Below, piece by piece: positions 15,940-25,377 of a DNA stretch of 64,000 nucleotides. Every line of letters starts with the position of its first letter. Within the stretch, counting starts at the first letter, position 1. Source of the stretch: Clostridiales bacterium (GTDB taxonomy: Bacteria; Bacillota; Clostridia; Oscillospirales; Oscillospiraceae); NCBI GenBank assembly GCA_022786995.1, contig JALFUW010000073.1, forward strand, positions 12,894-76,893. The letters run 5' to 3'. Under the pieces are notes generated by a model, which was not told where the DNA came from, ran no database searches, and saw only the letters and a list, made by a program, of their open reading frames with translations. Position numbers and translations under genes: made by a program.

Positions 15940-16368
15940 ATGTGGGCCGTGCTGGCGATAATCGTGTTTTTGGCGGCGCAGGTGTATCTGCTGCTGAGCC
16001 TTAAAAAAGCAGACGGTTTTCTTGCGGGGCAACAGGAAAAGGATGATCGGGAAATTCTCTCGCTGGTCTTTGCCGAACCCGCCATGGCGGAGGGGATGGC
16101 ACACCTGCTGGCGGAGTTCTCTCACGAAGACCCGGAAACCGAAATGGTGCTCCATACCGACCCGGCGGTATCGGAGGCGGTATTCGAAGGACGGGCAGCG
16201 GTTGGGTTTCTGCCGGAAAACGACGATGTGCCGCAGGGCCTGAGCAGCCGCGTCCTTGCGCTTGACGAACAGACTGCCCTCCGGGTGGTCTGGAAAACCG
16301 GGGCGCAGTCGGACAGTGCTGCGGCATTTCTGCGGTGTCTTCGGCAAAGCGGTGGAAATCCTGCGTAA
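15940..16368 (+). CDS. Membrane-anchored hypothetical protein resembling one lobe of a LysR substrate-binding domain
   Basis: SD ggggga; N-terminal TM helix; LLAEFSHEDPETEMVL...AVFEGRAAVGFL...LRVVW...SAAAFLRCL. Confidence 0.7.
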   Translation: MWAVLAIIVFLAAQVYLLLSLKKADGFLAGQQEKDDREILSLVFAEPAMAEGMAHLLAEFSHEDPETEMVLHTDPAVSEAVFEGRAAVGFLPENDDVPQGLSSRVLALDEQTALRVVWKTGAQSDSAAAFLRCLRQSGGNPA

Positions 16369-16407
16369 GCTGTGGTATAATGGCGGAAAATGAGAGGAGG
16401 CGGCCAA

Positions 16408-18237
16408 ATGGAGCAGCCCAAAGAGCATATTCTTGCCTGCCTGTCGTCAGCGCCGTCCAATGCGAAAATCATCCGTACCGCCGCCACCATGGCGAGGGCC
16501 TTCCATTGCAGCTTTACAGCCCTGTTCGTCCAGACCCCCAGCTATGAAGCTATGCCGGCTGCCGACCGGGAACGGCTTCGGGCCAATGTTCAGCTGGCGC
16601 AATCCCTTGGCGCGGCGGTGGAGACGGTGTTCGGCGACGACGTGTCCTACCAGATCGCGGAGTATGCCAGACTGTCCGGGGTGACGAAAATCGTCATCGG
16701 AAGAAGTGCGGTAGCAAGAAAACATCCGTGGAGCAAGCCCACCCTGACGGAAAAGCTCATCGCCATGGCCCCGAACATGGATATCCACATCATCCCGGAT
16801 GCCTATGTGGACGGCGCTTATCGCACGCAGAAGGCGAAACAGAAAACCAGCCTGCCCAGTCTTTTGCGGGACTGGGCCGTATCGCTGGGGATTCTGTGCC
16901 TTGCCACGCTGATGGGCTATGCCTTTTCAAGGGTGGGCTTTACCGAGGCAAATATCATCGCAATATATTTGCTGGCGGTGCTGCTGACTTCCATGGTCAC
17001 TTCTTCCCGCAGCAGCTATATTCTGTCCGCGCTGGGCAGCGTGGTGGTGTTTAACTTCTTCTTTACCAGTCCGCGCTTTTCCTTGCGGGTTTACGAGGAC
17101 GGCGCGCCTATGACCTTTCTTATCATGATCGTGGCGGCGCTGATTGTGGGCACCCTGACGGACCGTCTCAAAAGCCAGGTCAAGCAGTCCACCCGGGCAG
17201 CCTACCGAACCAACCTGCTGTTCGAGACCAATCAGATGCTGCAAAAGGCTGCAACGGAGGAGGAAATCTTCCGGGCGGCCCAGACCCAGCTGCATAAGCT
17301 GTCGGACAGAGCGCTGACGGTGCATCCCGGCATCACCACCGGCGGGAAGAGGAATTCCACCATCTACCTGATCAAAACGGCTGCTAAGGTTTATGGCAGC
17401 GTGGTCATGGAAGGCTCGGAATCCCTGGAAGCCTTTGAAAACAGTGTCTTGCTGTCGATACTGGGAGAGTGCGCGCTGGCGCTGGAAAATATGCGCAACG
17501 CCCGGGAGAAGGAGGAGGCTAAGCTGCTGGCGGAGAATGAAAAACTCCGCTCCAATCTGCTGCGTTCCATTTCCCATGACCTTCGAACGCCTCTGACCGC
17601 GATCTCCGGCAACGCCGGCATGCTGCTGTCCGACAGCGAAGGCCTGCCCCCAGAGACCCGAAATCAGATGTACAGTGACATCTACGATGATGCGGCGTGG
17701 CTTTACAATCTGGTGGAAAACCTGCTGGCGGTGACCCGGATCGAGGAAGGCCACATGAAGCTGAACACCCAGCCCCAGCTGGTGGAGGAGATGGTTTCCG
17801 AGGCTTTGCAGCACATCAGCCGGAAGCGAACGGAGCACCGCATTGCGGTGCACCATCAGGACGAGCTGCTGCTGGCAAAGTGCGATGCCCGGCTGATTGT
17901 GCAGGTGATCATCAATCTGGTGGACAACGCCATCAAGTATACCCCGGTTGGCTCCCAAATCGAAATTACCACAAAAGGGGAGAACGGCTGGGCGGTAGTC
18001 AGTGTGGCGGACGACGGCCCCGGTATTTCCGACGACGAAAAAGAGCGGATTTTTCAGATGTTCTATACCGGCAGCAACCCCATCGCCGACAGTCGCCGCA
18101 GTTTGGGACTGGGCCTTGGCCTGTGCAAATCCATCATCACCGCCCACGGCGGGGAGATTCGGGTGTCGGACAACCTGCCCGGAGGCACCGTGTTTACCTT
18201 TACAATTCCATCCGGGGAGGTGGAGGTTCATGAATAA
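16408..18237 (+). CDS. kdpD: KdpD-like sensor histidine kinase (Usp + 4TM + HisKA/HATPase; lacks N-terminal KdpD domain)
   Basis: Usp domain (ACLSS..FTALFV..TKIVIGRS), FNFFFT..F, SHDLRTPLT, and N/G boxes; own extended -10 at 16373-16381. Confidence 0.9.
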   Translation: MEQPKEHILACLSSAPSNAKIIRTAATMARAFHCSFTALFVQTPSYEAMPAADRERLRANVQLAQSLGAAVETVFGDDVSYQIAEYARLSGVTKIVIGRSAVARKHPWSKPTLTEKLIAMAPNMDIHIIPDAYVDGAYRTQKAKQKTSLPSLLRDWAVSLGILCLATLMGYAFSRVGFTEANIIAIYLLAVLLTSMVTSSRSSYILSALGSVVVFNFFFTSPRFSLRVYEDGAPMTFLIMIVAALIVGTLTDRLKSQVKQSTRAAYRTNLLFETNQMLQKAATEEEIFRAAQTQLHKLSDRALTVHPGITTGGKRNSTIYLIKTAAKVYGSVVMEGSESLEAFENSVLLSILGECALALENMRNAREKEEAKLLAENEKLRSNLLRSISHDLRTPLTAISGNAGMLLSDSEGLPPETRNQMYSDIYDDAAWLYNLVENLLAVTRIEEGHMKLNTQPQLVEEMVSEALQHISRKRTEHRIAVHHQDELLLAKCDARLIVQVIINLVDNAIKYTPVGSQIEITTKGENGWAVVSVADDGPGISDDEKERIFQMFYTGSNPIADSRRSLGLGLGLCKSIITAHGGEIRVSDNLPGGTVFTFTIPSGEVEVHE

Positions 18238-18919
18238 ACCCCTGATTCTGGTGGTAGAGGACGACGGAACCGTCCGCAACCTCATTACCACCACCTTAAA
18301 ATCCAATGACTACCGCTATCTGACCGCTGCCGACGCGCAGAGCGCCATTGCTGCGGCATCTACCCAGCAGCCGGACATTGTTCTGCTGGATTTGGGGCTG
18401 CCGGATATGGATGGGGTGGAGGTTATAGGGCGTATCCGCTCCTGGTCTCAGATGCCCATTATCGTTATCAGCGCCCGCAGCGAGGATGCGGATAAAATCG
18501 TTGCGCTGGATGCCGGGGCGGACGACTATCTGACCAAGCCATTTTCTGTGGCGGAGCTGCTGGCCCGGCTGCGGGTGACCCAGCGGCGTCTGGCGGCGCT
18601 GGAGGGGAAAACCGGGGAATCGGTGTTTCACAATGGCAGTCTGACCATCGACTATGGCGCTGGCTGCGCCTATATGGATGAAGCCGTCCTGAAGCTGACG
18701 CCAACAGAGTATAAGCTGTTGTGCCTGCTTGCCAAGAATGTGGGCAAGGTGCTGACCCACACCTACCTGACTGACAAGATCTGGGGCAGCTGTTGGGAGA
18801 GTGATATGGCCTCTCTGCGGGTGCACATGGCGACCCTGCGCAAGAAGCTGGAAAGAAATACGGATACCCAGTATATCCAGACCCATATCGGCATTGGCTA
18901 CCGAATGCTGAAATTATAA
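18230..18919 (+). CDS. kdpE: KdpE-like OmpR family response regulator
   Basis: VVEDD, LLDLGLPDMDG, GADDYLTKPF, LRVHMATLRKKL and GIGYR motifs. Confidence 0.92.
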   Translation: MNKPLILVVEDDGTVRNLITTTLKSNDYRYLTAADAQSAIAAASTQQPDIVLLDLGLPDMDGVEVIGRIRSWSQMPIIVISARSEDADKIVALDAGADDYLTKPFSVAELLARLRVTQRRLAALEGKTGESVFHNGSLTIDYGAGCAYMDEAVLKLTPTEYKLLCLLAKNVGKVLTHTYLTDKIWGSCWESDMASLRVHMATLRKKLERNTDTQYIQTHIGIGYRMLKL

Positions 18920-18925
18920 CCAATC

Positions 18926-18950
18926 AGGCTCCCCGCAAGGGGAGCCTTTT
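18926..18950 (+). terminator. Rho-independent terminator
   Basis: aggctcccc-gcaa-ggggagcct followed by TTT. Confidence 0.85.
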
Positions 18951-19031
18951 GAATCCTCGGCAAAAAACAAGTTGAAAGGTGGCGCTTTTTTGTGAAAAAC
19001 CGAAAAAAAGTTGGAATACTGTTTGGCTGTG

Positions 19032-19060
19032 TTGACAAATTGTGAATTTTGGATTAACAT
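19032..19060 (+). promoter_or_regulatory. sigma-A promoter of ABC operon
   Basis: TTGACA-N17-TAACAT. Confidence 0.5.
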
Positions 19061-19159
19061 GCACTTTGTACGATTCTTTCCGCGGTTTTTTTTGCCGGGA
19101 AGGGTTGTTCTCTGTTAAAGAGAATGCGCATACACAGAAAAATTAGGAGGAATAAGAAC

Positions 19160-20470
19160 ATGAACAAGATTCTTTCACTGGCTCTGGTTCTGGTGATGGT
19201 TCTGAGCCTTGCTGCCTGCGGCGGCAAGACCGCTGCCCCTGCCGAGACCGCAGCCGCCGCGCCTGCCGCTGAGGCTCCCGCTACTGAGGCTCCCGCTGCC
19301 GATGCTCCCGCCGCTGCCGCCGATGTGAAGCTGGGCTTCATCTTCCTGCACGACGAGAACTCCACCTACGACCTGAACTTCATGAACGGCGCCAAGGAAG
19401 CCTGCGCCGCTCTGGGCCTGACCGAGGATCAGTACATTTTCCGTACCAACATCCCCGAGGGTCAGGAGTGCTATGACGCCGCCTGCGAGCTGGCCGATGC
19501 CGGCTGCAACATCATCTTCGCCGACTCCTTCGGCCATGAGGACTACCTGATCCAGGCTGCCATGGAGTTCCCCGAGGTTCAGTTCTGCCATGCCACCGGC
19601 ACCAAGGCCCACACTCAGGGCCTGAGCAACTACCACAACGCCTTCGCCGCTATCTACGAGGGCCGGTATCTGGCCGGTGTGGCTGCCGGTCTGAAGCTGA
19701 ACGAGATGATCGAGGCCGGCCAGTTTACCGCTGAGGAAGCCAAGATGGGCTATGTGGGTGCTTTCACCTATGCCGAGGTGGTTTCCGGCTACACCAGCTT
19801 CTATCTGGGCGCCAAGTCCGTCTGCCCCAGCGTGACCATGGACGTGACCTTCACCGGTTCCTGGTATGACGAGACCGCCGAGAAGGAAGGCGCCAACAAG
19901 CTGATCGCCGGCGGCGCCAAGCTGGTCTCTCAGCACGCCGACTCCATGGGCGCTCCCACTGCCTGCGAGACTGCCGGTGTGCCCAACGTTTCCTACAACG
20001 GCTCCACTGTTGCTGCCTGCCCCAACACCTTCATCGTTTCTTCCCGCATCAACTGGGCTCCTTACTATGAGTACGTTGTGAAGTGCGTTCAGAACGGTGA
20101 GGCCATTGCCGCCGACTGGACCGGCACCATCGCCACCGGCTCCGTTGTGCTGACCGACATCAACGAGCAGGCTGCCGCCGCCGGCACCGCCGACAAGGTT
20201 GCCGAGGTCAAGGCTGACATCGAGTCCGGCAAGCTGCACGTCTTCGACACCACCACCTTCACCGTCAGCGGTGACAATGTGACTCCCACCATGACCGTCG
20301 ATGCCAACGGCAACGTTACCTCTTACATGGCCGACGTGGACACCGATCCTGCCTACACCGGCGATACCGAGGTTGTGGAGAACGGCTACTTCAACGAGTC
20401 CGCCAAGCGCTCCGCGCCCTACTTTGACCTGAAGATCGACGGCATCACCCTGCTGGATACCGCATTCTAA
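19160..20470 (+). CDS. BMP-family ABC substrate-binding lipoprotein (nucleoside/purine type)
   Basis: Lipobox LAAC, Ala/Pro linker with 15-bp repeats, ADSFG, EGRYLAG, TGSWYD and QHAD motifs; strongly biased codons. Confidence 0.92.
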   Translation: MNKILSLALVLVMVLSLAACGGKTAAPAETAAAAPAAEAPATEAPAADAPAAAADVKLGFIFLHDENSTYDLNFMNGAKEACAALGLTEDQYIFRTNIPEGQECYDAACELADAGCNIIFADSFGHEDYLIQAAMEFPEVQFCHATGTKAHTQGLSNYHNAFAAIYEGRYLAGVAAGLKLNEMIEAGQFTAEEAKMGYVGAFTYAEVVSGYTSFYLGAKSVCPSVTMDVTFTGSWYDETAEKEGANKLIAGGAKLVSQHADSMGAPTACETAGVPNVSYNGSTVAACPNTFIVSSRINWAPYYEYVVKCVQNGEAIAADWTGTIATGSVVLTDINEQAAAAGTADKVAEVKADIESGKLHVFDTTTFTVSGDNVTPTMTVDANGNVTSYMADVDTDPAYTGDTEVVENGYFNESAKRSAPYFDLKIDGITLLDTAF

Positions 20471-20485
20471 TCTGTTTGAGATTCT

Positions 20486-20563
20486 GGGAGGCCCCGCTTT
20501 GGGGCTTCCCATTCTCTGCTGCAAAGGGCAGCGCAGTGAAATCTTCGCCGCGCTGCCCTTTGT
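20486..20563 (+). promoter_or_regulatory. Two intercistronic stem-loops after the binding-protein gene (mRNA stabiliser or partial terminator)
   Basis: gggaggcccc/ggggcttccc and caaagggcagcgc/gcgctgccctttg. Confidence 0.55.
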
Positions 20564-20585
20564 AACATGGAAATCATAAAGGAGC

Positions 20586-22130
20586 GTGAGCCTTTTGGAA
20601 AATAAAACCGCCGCAGTGCAAATGCGGGACATCACCAAACGCTTCGGCCCCGTCCTTGCCAACGACCGGGTGTGGCTGGACATTTACAAGGGGGAGATTC
20701 TGGCGCTACTGGGAGAAAACGGCAGCGGTAAGACAACCCTCATGAACATGCTCTCCGGCATCTACTTCCCGGACGAGGGCCAGATCTTCATCAACGGCCA
20801 GGAGGCGGTGATCCGCTCTCCCAGAGACGCTTTCGGCTACGGCATCGGTATGATTCATCAGCATTTCAAGCTGGTGGATGTGCTCACTGCCGCGGAAAAT
20901 ATCGTTCTGGGTCTGAAAGAGCCGGGGCGGCTCAATATGGACGAGGTGGCGAAAAAGGTCAAGGCCATCTGCGACACCTACGGCTTTGAGGTGGACCCCT
21001 ATCAGAAGATCTACAATATGTCCGTCTCCCAGAAGCAGACGGTGGAGATCGTGAAGGTTCTCTACCGGGGCGCGGATATCCTGATTCTGGACGAGCCTAC
21101 CGCCGTTCTGACCCCTCAGGAGACAGAGAAGCTGTTCGCCGTTCTGCGGAATATGCGGGACGCCGGCAAGGCCATCGTGATCATCACCCATAAGATGCAC
21201 GAGGTGGAGGAGCTTTCCGATCGGGTGGCCATTCTGCGCCACGGTCAGTTCGTGGGCGATATGCTCACCAAAAAGACCAACGCTCAGGAAATGACCAACA
21301 TGATGGTGGGCCGGCCTGTGACGCTGAACATTGAGCGTCCCGACCCGGTGAACCCTCAGCCCCGGGTGGAGGTCAAAAACCTCACCGTCCGGGACATGGA
21401 GGGTACTCTCAAGCTGGAGGACGTGAGCTTCACCATCAACAGCGGCGAAATTTTGGGTGTTGCCGGTATTTCCGGCTGCGGACAGAAGGAACTGCTGGAG
21501 GCCATCGCGGGCTTGCAGCCTGCCGAGTCCGGCAGCATCTGCTATGTGGAAGACGACGGCACCCGGGAAGAACTGGTGGGCAAGGACCCGCTAAGCATTG
21601 CGGACATGGGTGTTTGCCTGTCCTTTGTGCCGGAGGACCGGCTGGGCATGGGATTGGTCGGCAGCATGGACTTGACGGACAATATGATGCTCCGCTCCTT
21701 CCGCAAGGGCAAGTCCTTCTTTACCGATAGAAAGAATCCCCGGAAACTGGCGGAAAAGGTGGTCAAAGACCTGGACGTTGTGACCCCCGGTGTCACCACC
21801 CCGGTGCGCCGTCTGTCCGGCGGCAACGTCCAGAAGGTGCTGGTGGGTCGTGAAATTGCCTCCGCCCCCAGCGTACTGCTGACGGCCTATGCCGTCCGGG
21901 GACTGGATATCAACGCCTCCTATACCATTTACGACCTCATTAACCAGCAGAAGAAGGCCGGCGTGGCGGTGGTCTATGTGGGCGAGGATCTGGACGTGCT
22001 GCTGGAGCTGTGCGACCGAATTCTGGTGCTGTGCGGCGGAAAGGTCAGCGGCATCGTGGAAGGCCGGGGCGCATCCAAGCCCGATGTGGGCATGATGATG
22101 ACACGGCTGGGAGGTAAGAAGAATGCGTAA
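20586..22130 (+). CDS. ABC transporter ATP-binding protein (CUT2/nucleoside type, fused double NBD)
   Basis: GENGSGKT, LILDEPT and LSGGNVQK motifs. Confidence 0.92.
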   Translation: MSLLENKTAAVQMRDITKRFGPVLANDRVWLDIYKGEILALLGENGSGKTTLMNMLSGIYFPDEGQIFINGQEAVIRSPRDAFGYGIGMIHQHFKLVDVLTAAENIVLGLKEPGRLNMDEVAKKVKAICDTYGFEVDPYQKIYNMSVSQKQTVEIVKVLYRGADILILDEPTAVLTPQETEKLFAVLRNMRDAGKAIVIITHKMHEVEELSDRVAILRHGQFVGDMLTKKTNAQEMTNMMVGRPVTLNIERPDPVNPQPRVEVKNLTVRDMEGTLKLEDVSFTINSGEILGVAGISGCGQKELLEAIAGLQPAESGSICYVEDDGTREELVGKDPLSIADMGVCLSFVPEDRLGMGLVGSMDLTDNMMLRSFRKGKSFFTDRKNPRKLAEKVVKDLDVVTPGVTTPVRRLSGGNVQKVLVGREIASAPSVLLTAYAVRGLDINASYTIYDLINQQKKAGVAVVYVGEDLDVLLELCDRILVLCGGKVSGIVEGRGASKPDVGMMMTRLGGKKNA

Positions 22131-23223
22131 ACAGAGCAAAGCACCCATCGTGCATATTTCCAAACGTTCCACCCTGCCCTGGTATGGGGCCTGGGCCATC
22201 CGTGGCGCGGCGATTGTGCTGGCGCTGGTGGTCTGCGGCGTTGTGACCACCGCCCTCACCGGCCTGAACCCCATCGGCGTTTACGCCACCATGTTCACCG
22301 GCGCCTTCGGCACCGCTCGAAAGACCTGGATTCTGGGCCAGAATCTGGCAATTCTTTTGTGTGTTTCTCTGGCGGTGACTCCGGCTTTCAAGATGCGCTT
22401 CTGGAACATCGGCGGTGAGGGTCAGGTGCTCATCGGCGGCCTTGCCACCGCGGCCTGCATGATTCTGCTGGGAGACAAGCTCCCCAACTGGCTGCTGATC
22501 GTGATTATGATTCTTGCCAGCATTGCGGCGGGGGCTATCTGGGGCGCCATCCCCGCCATCTGCAAGGCAAAGTGGAACACCAACGAGACCCTGTTCACCC
22601 TGATGATGAACTATGTCGCCACCCAGCTGGTTGCCTTCTTTGTCATCGTCTGGGAGGTGCCCAAGGGCGCCGGCAAAATCGGCATTATCAACCAGACCAC
22701 CCAGGCCGGTTGGCTGCCTCAGATCGGCAGCTACAAGTACCTGCTGAATATCGTCATTGTGGCTGTCCTGACCATCCTCATGTACTTCTACCTCTCCCGC
22801 TCCAAGCAGGGCTATGAGATAGCGGTCGTAGGCGAAAGCGAGCGGACGGCCCGCTATGTAGGCATCAACGTGGGCCGGGTCATCGTGCGCACCATGCTGA
22901 TTTCCGGCGGCATCTGCGGTCTGGCGGGTCTGCTGCTGGTGGGCGGCACCGATCACACCATCACCACCACCATTGCCGGCGGCAGAGGCTTCACGGCGGT
23001 CATGGTGGCGTGGCTTGCCAAGTTCAATCCGCTCATCATGGTGTTTACCAGCTTTTTGCTGGTGTTCCTGAGCCGTGGCGCCAGCGAGATTTCCACCATC
23101 TACGGCCTGAACCACTCCTTTGGTGACATTCTCACCGGCATTATTCTGTTCTTCATCATCGGCAGCGAGTTCTTCATCAGCTACCGTCTGAGCTTCCTGA
23201 AGCACACCAAGAAGGAGGGCTGA
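22123..23223 (+). CDS. ABC transporter permease
   Basis: WNIGGEGQ, NE..TLMMNY and GRGFTAVMVAWL motifs. Confidence 0.92.
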   Translation: MRKQSKAPIVHISKRSTLPWYGAWAIRGAAIVLALVVCGVVTTALTGLNPIGVYATMFTGAFGTARKTWILGQNLAILLCVSLAVTPAFKMRFWNIGGEGQVLIGGLATAACMILLGDKLPNWLLIVIMILASIAAGAIWGAIPAICKAKWNTNETLFTLMMNYVATQLVAFFVIVWEVPKGAGKIGIINQTTQAGWLPQIGSYKYLLNIVIVAVLTILMYFYLSRSKQGYEIAVVGESERTARYVGINVGRVIVRTMLISGGICGLAGLLLVGGTDHTITTTIAGGRGFTAVMVAWLAKFNPLIMVFTSFLLVFLSRGASEISTIYGLNHSFGDILTGIILFFIIGSEFFISYRLSFLKHTKKEG

Positions 23224-23228
23224 GGATC

Positions 23229-24212
23229 ATGTTTGATTTTGTTTCTTTCTTCCCCCGGGCCGTCATGCAGGGCATCCCGCTGCTGCTGGGCGCCACCGGC
23301 GAAACCTTAACGGAAAAGTCCGGCAACCTGAACCTTGGTATCCCCGGTATCATGTATGTTGGCGGCATCTGCGGCGTCATCGGCGCCTTCTTCTATGAAC
23401 AGAGCGGCAATATGAATGGCTTTCTGGCAGTTGCGATTCCTGTCCTGTGCTGCCTGATCGGATCTCTGCTCATGGGCCTTCTGTACTGCTTCCTGACGGT
23501 GACCCTCCGGGCCAACCAGAACGTGACGGGCCTTGCCATGACCACCTTCGGCGTGGGCTTCGGTAACTTCTTCGGCGGCTCCCTGATTAAACTCACCGGC
23601 AGCGAGGTGCCCTCCATCGCCCTGTCCGCCACCAGCGCCTATTTTAGCCGCAGTCTGCCCTTTACGGACAAGCTGGGCGTCTTCGGCAAGCTGTTCTGCT
23701 CCTATGGCTTCCTTGCCTACGCGGCGATCATCATTGCACTGATTTCCTCCTATGTCCTGAAGCGCACCCGGGTGGGTCTTCAGCTGCGGGCTGTGGGCGA
23801 AAGCCCTGCCACCGCCGATGCGGCGGGTATCGATATTGCCCGGTATAAGTTTGTTGCTACCTGCCTGGGCAGCATGATCGCGGGCTTGGGCGGATTGTAC
23901 TATGTCATGGACTACGCCTGCGGCGTGTGGTCCAATGATGCTTTCGGTGATCGTGGCTGGCTGGCCATCGCCCTGGTCATCTTCACCATCTGGCGGCCCA
24001 ATGTGGGAATTCTGGCTTCCATTCTCTTCGGCGGCCTGTATATCCTGTATCTGTTCATTCCCACGGGCACCAACCTGGCGGTGAAGGAGCTATATAAAAT
24101 GCTTCCTTACATCGTCACGATCCTGGTGCTGGTGCTCACCAGCATGCGCAACAAACGGGACAACCAGCCCCCTGAGAGCCTGGGCGTCCCTTATTTCCGG
24201 GAAGACCGATAA
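23229..24212 (+). CDS. ABC transporter permease
   Basis: EKSGNLNLG, ANQNVTGLA, RAVGE.P..AD..GI and RGWLAIALV motifs. Confidence 0.92.
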   Translation: MFDFVSFFPRAVMQGIPLLLGATGETLTEKSGNLNLGIPGIMYVGGICGVIGAFFYEQSGNMNGFLAVAIPVLCCLIGSLLMGLLYCFLTVTLRANQNVTGLAMTTFGVGFGNFFGGSLIKLTGSEVPSIALSATSAYFSRSLPFTDKLGVFGKLFCSYGFLAYAAIIIALISSYVLKRTRVGLQLRAVGESPATADAAGIDIARYKFVATCLGSMIAGLGGLYYVMDYACGVWSNDAFGDRGWLAIALVIFTIWRPNVGILASILFGGLYILYLFIPTGTNLAVKELYKMLPYIVTILVLVLTSMRNKRDNQPPESLGVPYFREDR

Positions 24213-24219
24213 TTAATAT

Positions 24220-24248
24220 GCGCCGCCCGACGCCGGGCGGCGCGTTTT
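24220..24248 (+). terminator. Rho-independent terminator
   Basis: gcgccgcccg/cgggcggcgc followed by gtttt. Confidence 0.7.
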
Positions 24249-24267
24249 AGAAAAAGAGGTACGATCT

Positions 24268-25362
24268 ATGGATAAGCAAAAATTGAACGCGGTTCTCTCC
24301 GCCATGGAAGAGAAGTGGATTCCCCAGATGATCATTTCCGATCCGGCGGTGATTTTCTACCTGACCGGCGCTTGGATTCGTCCCGGCGAGCGTCTGCTGG
24401 TTCTGTATCTGAACAAGGATGGGAATCACAGACTGCTGGTCAACGATCTGTTCCGCCAGACAAAGGATCTGGGCGTGGAGATTCAGTATTACAACGATAC
24501 CCAGGATGGGGTGGAAATCCTCAGCCGTTTTATGGAGAAAGACGCCCCTGTTGCCGTTGATAAGAACTGGCCCGCCCGGTTCCTGCTACGGCTTCAGGAA
24601 TTGAATGCCGCCGGCTGTTATGTAAACAGCTCAGCCATCGTCGACGGCGTGCGGCAGATCAAAACCCCTGACGAGCAGGAGAGAATGCGCGTTGCTTCTA
24701 AGCTCAATGACGCAGTTATGGAAAAACTTGTCGGTGCTTTGAGCGAAGACCATACGGAACTGGAGCTGAAGGACATTTTGCTGAAGCTCTACACCGATGC
24801 GGGCTGCGAGGGCTTCTCCTTTGAGCCGATTACGGCCTTCGCTGGAAATGCCGCAGATCCTCACCATGAGCCGGACGCTTCCCGGGGGAAATTCGGGGAC
24901 TGTGTTGTATTGGACATCGGCGGCCTGAAGGGTGATTACTGCTCCGACATGACCCGGACGGTGTTCCTTGGCACCGTGTCCCAGCGGCAGCGGGAAATCT
25001 ATGAAATCGTGCGGGAAGCCAACCTCCGCGGAATCGCTGCCGCAAAGCCCGGCAATCGGATGTGCGACGTGGATAACGCCGCCCGGGGCTACATCGAGGA
25101 AAAGGGCTTTGGCAAATACTTCACCCACCGTACCGGGCATTCCATCGGTCTGGAGGTTCACGAGGCAGGGGACGTATCCGCTGTCAACCAGGCGATCATC
25201 CGTCCGGGCCAGTGCTTCTCCGTGGAACCGGGCATCTACATTCCCGAGGAGAACATCGGCGTTCGCATCGAGGATCTGGTGCTCATTACGGAGGATGGCT
25301 GCGAGGTTCTCAATCACTATCCAAAGGATTTGCAGGTCATTCCCTTCCCGGAGAAGGGCTGA
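24268..25362 (+). CDS. Xaa-Pro aminopeptidase / M24 peptidase
   Basis: LDIG, SDMTRT, HRTGHSIGLEVHE, EPGIY and RIED motifs. Confidence 0.92.
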   Translation: MDKQKLNAVLSAMEEKWIPQMIISDPAVIFYLTGAWIRPGERLLVLYLNKDGNHRLLVNDLFRQTKDLGVEIQYYNDTQDGVEILSRFMEKDAPVAVDKNWPARFLLRLQELNAAGCYVNSSAIVDGVRQIKTPDEQERMRVASKLNDAVMEKLVGALSEDHTELELKDILLKLYTDAGCEGFSFEPITAFAGNAADPHHEPDASRGKFGDCVVLDIGGLKGDYCSDMTRTVFLGTVSQRQREIYEIVREANLRGIAAAKPGNRMCDVDNAARGYIEEKGFGKYFTHRTGHSIGLEVHEAGDVSAVNQAIIRPGQCFSVEPGIYIPEENIGVRIEDLVLITEDGCEVLNHYPKDLQVIPFPEKG

Positions 25363-25377
25363 CGAGGAGTATAGGCA

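Noticed and set aside
19020-19159. Purine riboswitch upstream of the nucleoside ABC operon
   Set aside because: Conserved purine aptamer core and expression platform not found
19255-19322. 15-bp tandem repeats in the BMP lipoprotein gene
   Set aside because: In-frame Ala/Pro/Glu linker typical of lipoprotein tethers; not a phase-variation tract
21860-21910. Degenerate Walker B (LLTAYAVRGLD) in the second NBD of the ABC ATPase
   Set aside because: An asymmetric, degenerate second site is normal for CUT2/nucleoside ABC ATPases
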